DNA of 64,000 nt from Eledone cirrhosa (GCA_964016885.1 OZ024740.1:150412001-150476000); one strand, 5' to 3'; shown: positions 13,843 through 28,140, numbered from the stretch's first letter. The notes: a model not told the origin generated them from the sequence alone. Made by a program: numbers and translations.

Positions 13843-14508
13843 TATTGCCAGAAATAATAATAAAACACACTCGCAACAGTTTGTTTCAACACTCGGTTTC
13901 ATATAAAAAAAACCTTGCAAAACAAATATATATATATATATATATATTTATTAAAATAACAGATTAAAAGAATCGCTGCTTTCACCCTTAACGGGATCTT
14001 CTGAAACTAACAAAGTCAATCTGTGAACGCAGAAGTACAGATTTCGAAAAACGTTGCAACCGGAGGAAGACAGGAAGACGATACTTAGGTTCGTGGAAAC
14101 GTTCCCTGGCAAAGAACGGGAAAAAACGAATATAATACGTCATTAATAGGAGCGGTGAAAAACAATTACACGCAAAGACAGAATCAGGTTTATGGTATAA
14201 AAGAAGTTGTAGACTAATGTTCTCTTAGGTGGTTCATAGAGACGTTCTCTGGCAATGAACGGAAAAAACGAAGATAATACGTCATATGTGTAGCAAAGAC
14301 AAAACCACATAAATGGTATAGCTGAAGTCGTAGACTAAATTCTAACTAGGAAACCGAATGAATCTCCGCTTCAGAGTTAAGAATAAAGTAAATAAACACA
14401 ATACAGAGGTAATAGAAATTAAATAAATGCATACACGCATGCAAATGCGTACATACACAAGCATACGCAAAACACTTGCCATAGGTATACAAAACCACGC
14501 ACATATAA

Positions 14509-14546
<38 letters not shown>

Positions 14547-14944
14547 ATACAAATAAATAAATAATTAAATAAACGTATATAAATAAATAAATACGTATAT
14601 AACAAGCGCGCACACATACCTACATGTAAATACACAAATGTTCGGAGACGTAAGTCAACCAAAACATGAAGTACACATATACACACACCCTACATACGTA
14701 CGAACCTGCATACTCACGCAGACGCAAAACTCCCGTATACACATAACCAAACCATATGTACCAGAATATATAGAAAATGTATACGCTATAACATAATCAA
14801 TCAAATATACGTATGAGAAAGTATACGTACCTTCACAAAACATACAGGTAATATATACTTACCTATGCAAATAAGTAATGGTATAAACAAAACATATACT
14901 TAGCTACCACATCAAGACGTAAAATATCCACGTATACAAATTTA

Positions 14945-15646
14945 AATTAGCGAGAATCGTATTTCGGCTTTGGAAAGTAGCGAAAAACAACTTCCGAGAT
15001 GTGTGGCAAGCGCTCAATAATTCTAACGAACCAGAGCTACAACATACGTTAAAAGGCCAAACACACTGAGACGATGGTTAAACCATTATCCGCACAGCCA
15101 TAGAAACGACCAAGTAATTCGGGTCAAACAAATAAAAAAATGTGATTGAAAAATTTACCCGGACGCCTGGATGGTTGGTAAAAATCCAGCATTTGGGTTT
15201 CTGCGACTCCTAAATCAAGTACTGTCCGCTTAGACAAATAATGTTAGGCTTCTGGTAAGATGATTGAACAAGGAAGTCACTTTCTCAACAGGCTTTTAGT
15301 TCAAGTGCCAGGCTAAGGAATGACAGTTACCAATACCCACGTGGGGTTCGACAAGGGAGGCAACCCTTATTTTTGGCGGATGAATTCAGTATGTTGTATA
15401 TTATTGCAAAATTGCAAAATACCACAAAACGAATTAAGCTCTCAACAGAATGGTTTTAAAGTTAACAAAAGCTATTCATCAGTCAATAGAATCAACTAAA
15501 AAAAATCAAGAAAATTAATTGGTCAATAGCTAGACTCTGGAGATTAATACAAATATAAATTAGCGAGAATCGTATTTCGGCTTTGGAAATTAGCGAAAAA
15601 CAACTTCCGAGATGTGTGGCAAGCGCTCAATAATTCTAACGAACCA
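14945..15646. repeat. Segment bounded by about 90-bp direct repeats
   Basis: aaattagcgagaatcgtatttcgg..ctaacgaacca at about 14945-15033 and 15557-15646. Confidence 0.75.
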
Positions 15647-15660
15647 TATATATATATATA

Positions 15661-16252
15661 TATATTAGTAAAAAGAAAAAGAAAATGCTGACAAACTTTT
15701 CCCAGTGAAAAATAGTTTAATTAGGAATAAGTATAAATTAGTAATAAGTATTAGTTAGTATTCAGTTTTAGTTTTAAGATTTTACCGGTTGCGCATTTCT
15801 TATGCTTTTCAAAAATAATTTTGAGATAGAGTGCTCGTGAAATCACGAGCACTCTATCTCAAAATTATTTTTGAAAAGTATAAGAAATGCGCAACCGGTA
15901 AAAACTTAAAACTAAAACTGAATACTCAGACTCAGATGCTCCCGCGTCTTGCTACGCATGAGGCAATCATAGTGTTCCATCGCGCTCGGTCAGCAGCCAG
16001 TTGCACAGCGTCCCGCCATTGTCTGTTTGTCACTCGCAGGTCCCTCTCAACTGTCTGGCGCCTAGTTCATATTGGGTCGCCCTCTCCGTCTGCTTCCCTG
16101 CGGGTGCCATTTAAGTACTTGGTTCGCCAGTCTCTCCGGGGGAAGTCTCAAATACTAACCAATACTTATTACTAATTTATACTTATTCCTAATTAAACTA
16201 TTTTTGACTGGGAAAAATTTGTCAGCATTTTCTTTTCCTTTTTACTAATATA
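15661..16252. repeat. About 180-bp-arm palindrome (2-nt loop at 15841) with the right arm split by an RTE insertion
   Basis: gagtgctcgtga-aa-tcacgagcactc centre. The arm resumes after 16151. Confidence 0.9.
15927..16150 (-). mobile_element. RTE LINE 3' fragment with 6-bp TSD
   Basis: Minus translation RLPPERLANQVLKWHPQGSRRRGRP..VERDL..AADRARW. TSD aatact at 15921-15926 and 16151-16156. Confidence 0.85.
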
Positions 16253-16319
16253 TCACAACACGTGTGTCACACCTCTAATTTTTTTAAAATATATGAATAT
16301 ATATATATATATATAGAAT

Positions 16320-17300
16320 ATTTAAGTATCGAGAGAAGAAGAGGTAGGCGATACATGTAGTTATTTTCCAATAGCATATGCAAAAGGTGCTCAATACTTG
16401 TGCCTGCAGTGTTAAATATTAGAAGTGTTAATATCTAGTGGGCGAGAAAATCAGCAGAGCGGATACACGTAGAAAAATTTATAAAGGAGAACAAACCGTT
16501 AAAACATGTTTATTCAAAATAGCACCTATGTACGTTTCGCCCGAATGGACTTCTCAAGGGCATAAAAAACTAAAAAGCGTTCCTTACATGACCCATAATG
16601 GGTTTTAGAGATAAGTTCACATCACAGTCCATTCTTCGTAAAAAAACATGTATTGATTTTGCAGTAGGTCAAGGGAGATAACTCTAGCTGGTGTTAAAGC
16701 AGTGTTCCCCAGGATACTTTTACTCGTTATTACTTTGTGGTTACTGCTTTACCATTGTCGATTCACGCAGGATCAGGGATGCAAAGTTAGTTTCCAGATG
16801 TTTGTTTTCTGCGCCTGCTCGCCGGGGTCGATTCATGCCGGGTCTGGGATGCATGGTTAGTTTCCGGATATTTTTTTCAGCGCCTGCCCGCCGGGATGTT
16901 AAGGTTTAGTGTAGGGTGACCCAGTTTACGGTTCTCACGCCTCATTCTTATTCCATCTGGAGTAAGAGATTTTTAAGCGGTGCGTACAGCTTATCGTCGT
17001 TTCTGCTCTGCTGTTGATGAGCTCGTGGGGTGCCGTTATGATATGGTAAAGCTCCATGAAGCATAGCTCGCACTTCTTCTTGAAATTGTACGGTGCTGCT
17101 CTGCCTGCCGACAATTTCCCAGTGCGTGGAGAAGCTGATGTTTGAGTCTTTTAATGCTGTGATGTAATTCGCGAGCGAAGTGGAGTGTCTTAGTTTCTTA
17201 GTTTGCGAAAGAGTGGAGATGTGTTCGAAATCCATTTTTGAACGGACCAGAAGTAGTCCCTATATAATGTTTAATGCTGTTATGGCTAGTTACGGTGCAC
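16320..17300 (-). mobile_element. Penelope-like element 3' part: GIY-YIG endonuclease remnant and 3' UTR
   Basis: Frameshifted HYIGTTSGPFK..HSTSLANYI..WEIV..KCELCFME..LINSRAE..CTH, homologous to 56410-56839. Decayed hammerhead-like motif at about 16525-16565. Confidence 0.8.
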
Positions 17301-17414
17301 CTATATATATATATATATATAATAATAACTCTATATTCTTTACATTGATTGCTCTTTATTTTGAGATAGGCAACTTGCTTGATCTCTTAAATATGTATTT
17401 GTTGATTCCTCTAC

Positions 17415-17610
17415 AGCATGAGGCGTTGTGCGCTTCAGCAAAAGACTTCATGTTTCTCCATTCAAACTCAGCTGATTATAAGTACCAGCAGTAACTGGAG
17501 GTTAAACTTGCGATGGACTAGTGTCCTGTCCAGAGGGAAGTCTTGTACTCTCGGCTGCTTAACGCCAATGAAACTGTGATAAGCTCCGGCTTGATGGGCC
17601 TCTGGGGATG
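17415..17610 (+). mobile_element. SINE fragment, V-domain-like
   Basis: cttgcgatggactagtgtcctgtccag..gataagctccggcttgatgggcc motif. Confidence 0.55.
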
Positions 17611-18047
17611 ATCTAATTTTAACATTAACTTTTTAAAAACTTTATGGATGCATAATTGGTCCCTTCTCGTATTTTCTATGTTCAACTGAATCAAATCTAG
17701 GAAGGCTGAGAAGGTATCTGTGTATGCTTACTAATACCTAACGTTGTTTGCACCTAACGCTATCGGCGATTGCATGGTAACAGATACAAGGCATCTTTAA
17801 TTGCGAGTGTTGATATATATATATAGAGAGAGATATTACAATAGGTGTTTAAAATACCATAGTATTTAAAGCATACACACATTATTTTGTGAGTGGAAAA
17901 GTGTCAGTGAAGTTTCAGCTTATTCGCATATATGATAATTTCCTTCGAATGAAACATTTCTAGATAGTATTACCAATTGGAAAACCAATGGAAACGTTGT
18001 TTCCTCGGTTCGATCTGACGAATGTCGATCGACTGTCGATATATATA

Positions 18048-18280
18048 TATCAAATTATAAAATATGAGGAAATAATAGACAAAAATATACCTATTTTTTC
18101 TTCAAAGTTCCGACTGCAGTTCTGCCGATCCGTGTGCAAAGTTGTATCAACCTCGCAGCGATGATGCATTTTGTTAGTGCAAAGGAGTTGCACATGGATC
18201 GGCGAAACTGCAGTCGGGACTTTGAAGAAAAAAAAAATATATTGGTGTCTATTATTTCCTCATATTTTTGTAATTTGATA
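18048..18280. repeat. Fold-back inverted repeat containing a hammerhead 3' half
   Basis: Arms 18048-18139 and 18188-18280. The right arm has ggc-GAAA-ctgcag-TC-ggg (palindromic stem III). Confidence 0.85.
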
Positions 18281-18420
18281 AATAGCTCTGATTATTGAGT
18301 TATTTTAATTATTTTGATTAATTTAGCTCTTTCGGTCATCGAGTAAAACTTATTAAGGCGGACGCCACACACACATATACATAGGAATATGTGTGTGTAT
18401 TTCATTATTATTATATATAT

Positions 18421-18590
18421 ATCGGTAGAGGGTCGAACACCATGCTTTGACGCATAGAGTTACGGCCCTTGCCATTCTGAGTTCAAATCCCGCCGAGGTT
18501 AACTTTGCCTTTCATCCTTACAGGGTCGATAAAATAAAGTACCAGTAATACACTGAGTAATTGCTGGCCTTGTGCCCAACGTGGAAACAA
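18421..18590 (+). mobile_element. tRNA SINE (short subfamily)
   Basis: atcggtagag..gagttcaaatcccgccgagg..ggccttgtgccc. Confidence 0.88.
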
Positions 18591-19068
18591 TTATTATTAT
18601 ATATATATACATATATATTTATATATCCTATATATCTATATGTAAACACAAAAACACCCACATACACCCCTACCACACATACCCCCCCCCCACACGCATA
18701 TATATATATATATATACACGCACACGTATTGTTTCTATATTCCAATGAACAATAATGCACGCAACACTCCCGTGAGTTCTTATGCAAAGCAAGCAGTATG
18801 TCTTTGTTAGAGTCTTCCGTGGTGGCCACTTTTCAAAAAGTTCGCTCTTCTGTTGTTGAGGACAAATAATTGCTTTGAGGTATTCTGTTTATATTTCTTT
18901 CATATATTTTACCGAAATATGAATTCTTCGGTGTAAGTGAAAAGAGATGCGAGACGAGTTAGAGATAGTGAACGAGGTGGTTGATGAATGAGAATTATGA
19001 ATTTTGTTATGAAAGGAGATTACACACAGACATACATACCTACGCAAGTATACATATACGCACGCATA

Positions 19069-19114
<46 letters not shown>

Positions 19115-19283
19115 AGTATATATATTATATATATATATATATTTGAGTATATATATTATATATATATATATGAGTATATATATATATGTATATATATATA
19201 AGTATATATATACTCATATATGTATATATATGAGTATATATATATATGCATATATATGAGTGTATATTTATATATATATATGA

Positions 19284-19319
<36 letters not shown>

Positions 19320-19489
19320 ATATGTATATATTTATCTCTCTATATATGTATATTTATGCGTATATATATATATATATATATATTTATGTAAATATATATA
19401 TATATATGAATATATATATATATATATATTTACATAAATATATATATATATATATATATTTACATAAATATATATATATATATATTTAC

Positions 19490-19602
<113 letters not shown>

Positions 19603-19855
19603 CACATAGCGTGACTTTATCCAACATGACATTGCTTGCCAAGCTACTGTTTACAGAGAATCTCTTACCCACAGGGCTTTTATCTCAGTGTTTGGTGTAG
19701 ATGGGTGAGGATGATGGTGTTGATCATGGTTGCGTTGTTGATGTTGTTGAGGACGATGATGCTGTTGGTGGTGATGATAGCCATGGGTTCGTGTCGCTTC
19801 TGGTAATAATTGTGATGATAGTATGATGATTACAGTAGTGATATTTGTATTGCAA

Positions 19856-20642
19856 ATACTGGTTTTTGAGGAAACACCTTTCCTCTATTCTCTAGAAAGC
19901 CAGACAAGGAATATTGAACTAGTTTCAAAAACCAGTATGACTCTAAAAACCGGTTTGTCTGTGTGTTTACATACAGAATAGCTGGACACTCACGGTAAAG
20001 TGACCAGTGAAAAACTTGGTACATCTACATATGTATACGTGTGTGTATTCATATGCATACTAGTATTTCAGTATACATATGTGGATGTACATTTTTAACT
20101 TAATTGTTTAAGCGTCAGTCATACAAAAGTGAGTTACAAACGAAACGAAATTTAATTTCGTTTCGTTATTTGTTTTTATCGTCTCCGTTGAACCGGTACG
20201 TACTCACACTCTATGCAAATTAGTCTGCCCACTACTAATTTTCATAGAAAAAGCATATAACGATATGTGCTTTTACGATTCTCCAGAAAGGCCGGTAGAT
20301 AGGTAAATATTGCTGATGAGTTGTAACAACAACGAAACTAGTTCAATATTCCTTGTCTGGCTTTCTAGAGAATAGAGGAAAGGTGTTTCCTCAAAAACCA
20401 GTATGACTCTAAAAACCGGTTTGTCTGTGTGTTTACATACAGAATAGCTGGACACTCACGGTAAAGTGACCAGTGAAAAACTTGGTACATCTACATATGT
20501 ATACGTGTGTGTATTCATATGCATACTAGTATTTCAGTATATATATGTGGATGTACATCTTTAACTTAATTGTTTAAGCGTCAGTCATACAAAAGTGAGT
20601 TACAAACGAAACGAAATTTAATTTCGTTTCGTTATTTGTTTT
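19856..20642 (+). mobile_element. Retrozyme-like element: 466-bp tandem unit with hammerhead and inverted 5' piece
   Basis: 19925-20176 repeated at 20391-20642. 19856-19926 is the reverse complement of 20334-20404. No ORF. Confidence 0.8.
20306..20350 (+). ncRNA. Minimal type I hammerhead ribozyme, fully canonical
   Basis: aatattg-CTGATGA-gttgt aaca acaac-GAAA-ctag-TT-caatatt: 7-bp stem I, 5-bp stem II with G-C base, palindromic stem III. Confidence 0.9.
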
Positions 20643-22095
20643 GATAATAATTATATTGGTTGTTAATTGCGATGATTGTAACGATGATGATGATGATGAC
20701 GACGACATTGATGATGATGATGATGATGATGATGGGGAGGATCTGGAATAATAGTAGTTGGCAATGACCCATGCTTTGTGAGTGAACTTGGGAAGACATA
20801 AGTACGTCAACTGGACTGTACCTGTAATGAAGAGCTGATCTTGTCACACGGTTTCACGCTAAATCTTTTTAAAAATTATGTTACGGTTACACGTGTCTGT
20901 GGAATGCTCAAGCATTTACACGTTAACTTTATGCACAGTTTGTTCCCTTGAACGAACAACTGGAACACTCACTGTCGAAACTGACGGATGTCCATTTCAT
21001 TCGATGTGTGAGAAAGAAAGAAAAAGAGAAAGAATGAAAGAAACAACTACAAAAGCATCAACAATAACAACACTTTAAAAATTATCGAAAACAGCATCAA
21101 CAATAACTATAACAATACCAACAATAACAACAACGAAAACAACCATATCCACAACAACAACAATATAAAACAATAACTTTAACAATAACTATAACAACAA
21201 AACTAACAACTAATGATAGGAAGAACAAGTACACGCAACAGCAATAGCAACAACAACAACTTCAGTAACATCAACAACAATATCAAAAACAAAAATAACA
21301 GCAACAATAACAATAATATTGCGTAACAACAATAAAAACAACAACAACAAAAATATGAGCAGTACCAACAAAAAAAAATAAATAGACACTAAATATCTCT
21401 GAAATCATTCCCTACCATCCTAGAAAGGAAAATGCATATTGATTAATGTAGTCCCAGAAATAGCTGAGTCTGAAGAGAAGAGGGTAGGTGAAGGTCACGG
21501 TTAGAATGCATTGAATCATGTTGAAGCACTTAACAGAAGTAATATTCTATTAAGAACATTTTATTTAACCCTACAAAAAAAAAACAAAAAAAAAAACAAA
21601 AAAAAAACAAGATTTGGCTACCCTAACTGATAAAACATAACCTTTCATGATTTTAATTATGTAAAACTGTTTAGTGAATGTTACGTTTAACCCCTATTAG
21701 GATGTCAATCATTTAGCTAAATATAACTTAGTCGTTATATGATGTAACCACCAGCAGTACCCGGTGTAAAGAATTTAAGCTACCTACCGCTATTTCAAGT
21801 TAACCCCGGTTTAAGATTGAACATGATTTCAGGTAATATTCATATTACTCTGATTTTTGACTTTATCAAGCAAGGCAACATTGATGCAGTCATTATACAT
21901 GAGCTTTGATTTATGCCTTAGCCGTTTGTCTTTGACAAACTCCCTGTACAGTAACTGCTTAGAAATACGATGTCACATACATTGTAGATAGTAGGCAAGG
22001 AAGGCGATCCATGCATAGGTTACAAGTGGTTTAATCAGCACATTTACAAGTCGTAGCTCACGTGGTTTATTCGCAGGTATTATTTACACCACGAA

Positions 22096-22315
22096 GGGCG
22101 GTGGATTAGCAGTGTCGTTAGAGCGTCGAACTACATGCTTTATGGCATAGGGTTATGGCACTTTACGACCTGAGTTCAAATCCTGCCGTGGTTAACTTTG
22201 CCTTTTATCTTTATGGGGTCGATAAAATAAAGTACCAGTCACACACTGGGGTCGATCTAATCGACTTTCCCCTCCTCTTCAAATTGCTGGCCTTATGCCT
22301 AAATCAGAAATCATT
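22096..22315 (+). mobile_element. tRNA SINE (long subfamily)
   Basis: gggcggtggattagcag..gagttcaaatcc..ggggtcgatctaatcgac. Confidence 0.85.
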
Positions 22316-22628
22316 ATTTAGATCACGAGACCAAATAGATATTTATTAAATATATCGTATATATCGTGAGGATGCGTGGCTGAGTGATTAGAGAATTGTG
22401 ATTTCGATTCTCAGACAGGGCGATGCGTTATGTCCTTGAGCAAGACACGTTCTTTCACGTTGTTCCTTCTGCCTGGAGTTGCGACCGACAGATAGTATTA
22501 ACAATTGGAAAGACCCATGGAAATATTGTTTCTTCGGTCCGATTTGACGAGCTCCACCCCACTCGTTAAGCGAATGAGGTCTAGTATCTTGTCGATCGAC
22601 TATCGATATGATATTCGTATACATAATT

Positions 22629-22812
22629 GTTTTTGCATTTGGCACAGGGCCAGCAATTACCCAGTACATTACTGGTACTTTATTTTATCGACCCCGTAAG
22701 GATGAAAGGCAAACTTGACCTCGACGGGATTTGAACTCAGACCGTAAAGGGACGTAACTATGCTGGAAAGCATGGCGTCCGATCCTCTACCGATACTGTC
22801 AATTCACCGCCC
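22629..22812 (-). mobile_element. Full tRNA SINE (short subfamily) with TSD
   Basis: TSD ttcgtatacataatt at 22614-22628 and 22813-22827. Confidence 0.9.
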
Positions 22813-23744
22813 TTCGTATACATAATTATTAATAAACAAGTTGTCCTAGTACTTTAGCTATTAATACACACCCGCACTCACCTGCGTGTGTGACAGAAAG
22901 CAACATAACAATATCACCTGCCACTATGTCTGTCCCCATCTATCAATCCAGCTATATCATTATCATTCGCTCACTTTTCTCTGCATCTCTATCTCTGCAT
23001 CACTTTCCAACCACAACACCCACTTTTATCAATCTATTCACTTTCGTCATCTTTAGTATAACTTCGACTCACCCCTACTATTCGGTACTTTTCCCCCATG
23101 GAACCAAACATGATACAAGTCTTCTTCAATAATACTGCTCCACTACAAACAAAAAAATTACAAACAAAAGCGTTTCAAAATCTATTCTAAAATAAATTAT
23201 ATTCTAATATAACCCCACCCACTACATGACAAACACAAAAAATGCAAAGAAAGAAAACACAAAGAATATTAAAATAAGAACGAGACTCAAAGAATTATAA
23301 ATATTAATAAAATAGATAAAAACTGAAAATAAAAAAAAAAAACACAAAGCATCGTTAATTTTATCTTTTTCTTTTTTTTTCAATCAAACTGAAAAAAATA
23401 CACGTGAAAAATTACAAATGAACGAGAAAAAAAAAAGACTGTTTTAGTTCGCACACTTAAAAATGATTTTAAACCCTGATATTTAGTACACATCATTTCT
23501 TCAACTGCCTAATAGCAGAAAATTCCTCTCCCCCAAACATTCAGCAACGCCCACAACCTGGTACTGCACTGACCTTCCATACTCCCACCACCTCTCCACC
23601 AATCTTCTGTAATCAACTTCGCTTGTAGCAAACATGCTGAGTTGTAATTAAACTGCAATTGGCTTATTTATAATCATTTTTATCTTATTTTACGAAAGTT
23701 AAAATAGGTGAAGATTGGTTGTATGATTCGCTGACATTATACAG

Positions 23745-23852
23745 TTCAAATCCCGCCGAGGTTAACTTTGCCTTTTATCCTTACGGGGTCGATAAAATAA
23801 AGTACCAGTAATACACTGGGTAATTGCTGGCCTTGTGCCTAATGTAGAAACA
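23745..23852 (+). mobile_element. Truncated tRNA SINE with TSD
   Basis: TSD attatacag on both sides. Confidence 0.85.
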
Positions 23853-24429
23853 ATTATACAGCTTATAGCAGTTGTTCGCAAACTTCTTTCCAGTTTTATC
23901 ATTACTTAAAGTGATCAATTCTAGTATAATTCAGCACTTACTAATAACGAAGATGGATGAAGTTGTATTGTCAATACCAAATTTTGGATGCATAGTATGG
24001 TATTTTGCAAATTCAGCCTCATAGTTAAGCATGGAATTATCCGGTTTCTGGTCTTGATTAGCATAGTAGATTGTCATGAATCCTAATTACACATACTTAC
24101 ACAAACAGGAGTCAATTGCATGTTAAAATAATCATAGCTAGGATGGTCATGTAGATTTCCTTGTTTCATCATTGCACATCATACGCACTGTGGTGGCACA
24201 CGCCCTGTATTGTATTTCAAGTCAGTGAAGCCATATTGCAGATATATTTGCACATAATTTCGGTCACGTTTTGTATGCTTCAACCAGGCTTACTAATTAG
24301 AAAAATAATCGTGTAACTAGAATTGTCTACTTGTCGGTTGAAAAATAAACATTAATAAACATTATTTATGAAAGGAAACATAATTAGTCTAAATTAGTTC
24401 ATAACTGAATGTTTTCACCAAAATATTAC

Positions 24430-24822
24430 CGAGCATTATATTTTACGTCGAAACTCGAGAAAAAGCTAGACGGGACATACACACGTATGCCCCGCGCTGC
24501 TTTAAACGTGTCTTGGAGGGAACACCCAACAAATAAGGATCTCTATGGCAATATACCACCTATCAGCAGGTCAATACGTGGACAGAGACTCAGATTTGCT
24601 GGCCACTGTTGGCAGCAAGGAAGAAATAGCAGGTGATGTGTTGTTATGGAGTCCACCTCATGGAGCAACAAACGGTGGTCGTCCCAAGAAGACATACGTC
24701 AAGCAACTTGAGGACGATATTGGATGCACTGCGGAAGAACTGGCAAACGCTACGAGAGACAGAGATGGATGGAGAAAACGTGTCGTAGAAAGCCGAGCAA
24801 GCTCGACCTGATGATGATGATT
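24430..24822 (+). mobile_element. RTE LINE 3' fragment
   Basis: KLEKKLDGTYTRM.RAALNVSW..QRLRFAGHC, frameshift, then LLWSP.HG..GRPKKTYVKQL..DRDGWR and a (TGA)n tail. Confidence 0.88.
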
Positions 24823-25994
24823 ATATTTTAAAATACGGCGTGAACAAACTACCATTACTCCAACCACATAGGCACTACACAGCATAGAAGAAGAAGAAGA
24901 AGAAGAAGAAGAAGAAATTGATCCTCCCACATCAGGCATTCTCTTAGATATTAAAATAGCAAATGCATTCTTCTTATTGTAATGTACATCTACCCACACA
25001 ATATATGCAGTGATAATGTATATGTATAACATTTCCTTTTATGAAAGCTAAATAGTAATTTTTCTCCTCCATAATGATAACGTGCTTCGTAATTTTTGTT
25101 TCAATTCACATAAACAATTCGATACAATATAAATGCCTATTTTATAAAATGGCACAAAACTAAATTATACACAGAGAGCACACTCTTCCTTATAATTATC
25201 AATTTTGATTTCTTTGTCTTTAGATCAAATAACATGTAAGTTGCAGCATACAGCCTATAGCATATAGCATATACATAACGCACATAATTCATAGTGTTAA
25301 ATATGTATTATTTGTTTGTGAGGCAATATTTACGTCTAAATCGAATAAAAATATACTTAGAAGGAGTAACGAAGATTCTTATATTTTTACCGCTTGAAGA
25401 TTTTAATCAAAGATTAACGGAGGTCAGATATGTATATTATAATAAGAAAAGAAAGGGAAATTCACATTATGCATGAAATATAAAACCAGGTTTGTCATAA
25501 TATAATTATTTATACTTTAGAACTGAGAGTAAATAATTTATTATATATGTTCAACATACATGAAATGGTCAAAAGGAGAGCAGATTTAAACATTTATTGG
25601 TTTACAATATGGCGATTAGAAACAGGCGATAATACGGTCAGCATATGAGGCAGAAAAGAAATTCAAGGTTCTAATATTTGGTTTACTAATTCTCAGAATA
25701 CGATTTTCAAGAGCCAGAGTTCTTAGGTTGTCTTGACGACTATGTGTTACATCGAAAACCATTTCGTAGCTGCTTGATGGAATTCAGTTTGGTTCAGTGT
25801 ATCAGTGAACTGGTTATACATTTGAATCTTTTTTTTTACAGTAAGTTTATTTTTTTAAATAGAAGAACTGCCATATTCATATATTGTTCTCTAGAGCATA
25901 GGTGATATCTTCAAGTGAAAGATAGAGAGAAAGAGAGATAGTGTGAATGCATGTGTGTGACAGAGTACGTATGAGTGAAAAAAAGATAAGAGTA

Positions 25995-26405
25995 AGAATC
26001 GACCCTTGTAGTGGACAGGTGCTTTATTTATCGACCTCAAAAGGATGAAAGGCAAAGTTGATATTGTCAGGATGTATGTATGTCCCCTTAACTCCTGATG
26101 GAGTCGTTGGAGTGCCGTAGTGTCATACAATGTGTCTTGGGAATGTTAAACCTGGTTGAGCCGAACCGATCCCCGCGTCTGAACAGACGATTTCTTTCTT
26201 TCTTTCTTTCTTTCTTTCTAGAGAGAGAGAGAGAGAGACGAGTGAAGAATCGATTCCAATACTGCACTGGCACATTTCTTTTATTAACTTCGAATGGATG
26301 AAAGACAAATTTAACCTTCGTGAGGTTTGAACTCAGAGAGGAGAGTGCCAGAACGAATATCGCAAACCATTCTATCCAACGTTCTAATGACTCTACCAAT
26401 ATGCC
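25995..26405 (-). mobile_element. Two diverged tRNA SINE fragments
   Basis: tttatcgacctcaaaaggatgaaaggcaaag and ggatgaaagacaaatttaacc..gtttgaactcag. Confidence 0.6.
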
Positions 26406-26600
26406 AATCTCATATACACTAAACATTATATAAAACAAAAGCAGCAACACCAACAACGACTGAAAATAACAGCGACTCCACCATCAAACATCACACATGA
26501 TACAGAGTTCAGTAAATGTTGAGTTGTGACGTTAAAATGACTTAACTAGCAATCAATGGAGATCAGTTTCAACTGTCAGAACTAAGCTTCTGTTTGTGTG

Positions 26601-26687
<87 letters not shown>

Positions 26688-26779
26688 CTGTATGTGTGAG
26701 TGTGTGTGTGATTGTGTGTGTGTGCGTGTTGACGCGCCGGAATCAGTAGGACGGAAATGATTATTGCCAAATGAAAGCT

Positions 26780-27181
26780 ACATTAGACGCGACATTTTGT
26801 CAGGATGGATGAGAAAAGACTGTTGTAAACCTGCCACACAGTGAGCTTACATAATCTACAGTTGAGTAATTGTGCAAGGCGGGCAGAGGCAGAGAAAGCG
26901 ATTCAAAGTTGATCTTCAACAGACCATGTCCATCTGTGAAAATGTAGCAAAAGACCGACATGGCTAGCGCTCTCTTACAAATTAGCATCTCTCTGAGCCG
27001 TCTAAGCTTCGTTCTGATGTGATCATTGCCAACAGAAACAAGTGCATGGTTCGGCAGCAGTAGCAACGACCAATGATCGAGTACGTGGACCCCGTGTTGG
27101 ACTTTTCACCCATGTCCGTGTTCACCCCCAGGTGCACTGAAAGAAGAACGTCACCTTTGAATTCAATGGACGAGAACAAAG

Positions 27182-27185
<4 letters not shown>
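26780..27185 (+). mobile_element. Decayed RTE-BovB-like 3' fragment
   Basis: GGQR.RKRFK.DL, ENVAKDRHG*RSL and terminal RVGLFTHVRVH zinc-finger remnant. Confidence 0.7.
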
Positions 27186-27250
<65 letters not shown>

Positions 27251-27862
27251 CGCGCGCGCACAACCATTATAGCCGTGGGTTTAAGAAATTGACCTAGGCT
27301 GGCTCAAGCTTAGTGAGCACAAATGTGTCGAGAGAAATTGTGTGTACCAGTTGTTCAAATGTCAAGCCTTATTACACTGACTCGGCCTAAGAATTACGTT
27401 TAGGGTATATAATTGCCTGTGGAATACTCAGCCACATAAAAGCAAACCCAAGGTGTAGTTAGTTCAGTTTACCGAATAAATAAAAAATACGTAACCAAAA
27501 CCGACGTAGATTCTTTTGGGTAGACATGTTCACGTGCACAAACAACGCACATTCACACACACACATACAAATTCACACACACACACACATACACACACGC
27601 GCACACATTTACACATTCACATATTCAAACATAATCATTCATATCAACTCCATCACCATCATCATAATATAACTGTATACGTGTAGATATACGCTTATGT
27701 GTGCCAATGTATCTGTTTTGTATGTGAATATGATCCGAGTGTTTATTTATGTTAATAATATTTCTATGTGTGCGTGTATATATATATATATATATATTAC
27801 ACACGCACAAAAAGAAAGAGAGAGTGTGAAAGAAAAGGAGAGAAACTAGTTAGATGAGTTTT

Positions 27863-27925
<63 letters not shown>

Positions 27926-27966
27926 ATATATATATATGTATATATATATGTATATATATATGTATG

Positions 27967-28002
<36 letters not shown>

Positions 28003-28056
28003 TGTGTTTATGTGTATATATGTGTGTATGTATATATATCTGTGTATGTATATATG

Positions 28057-28140
<84 letters not shown>

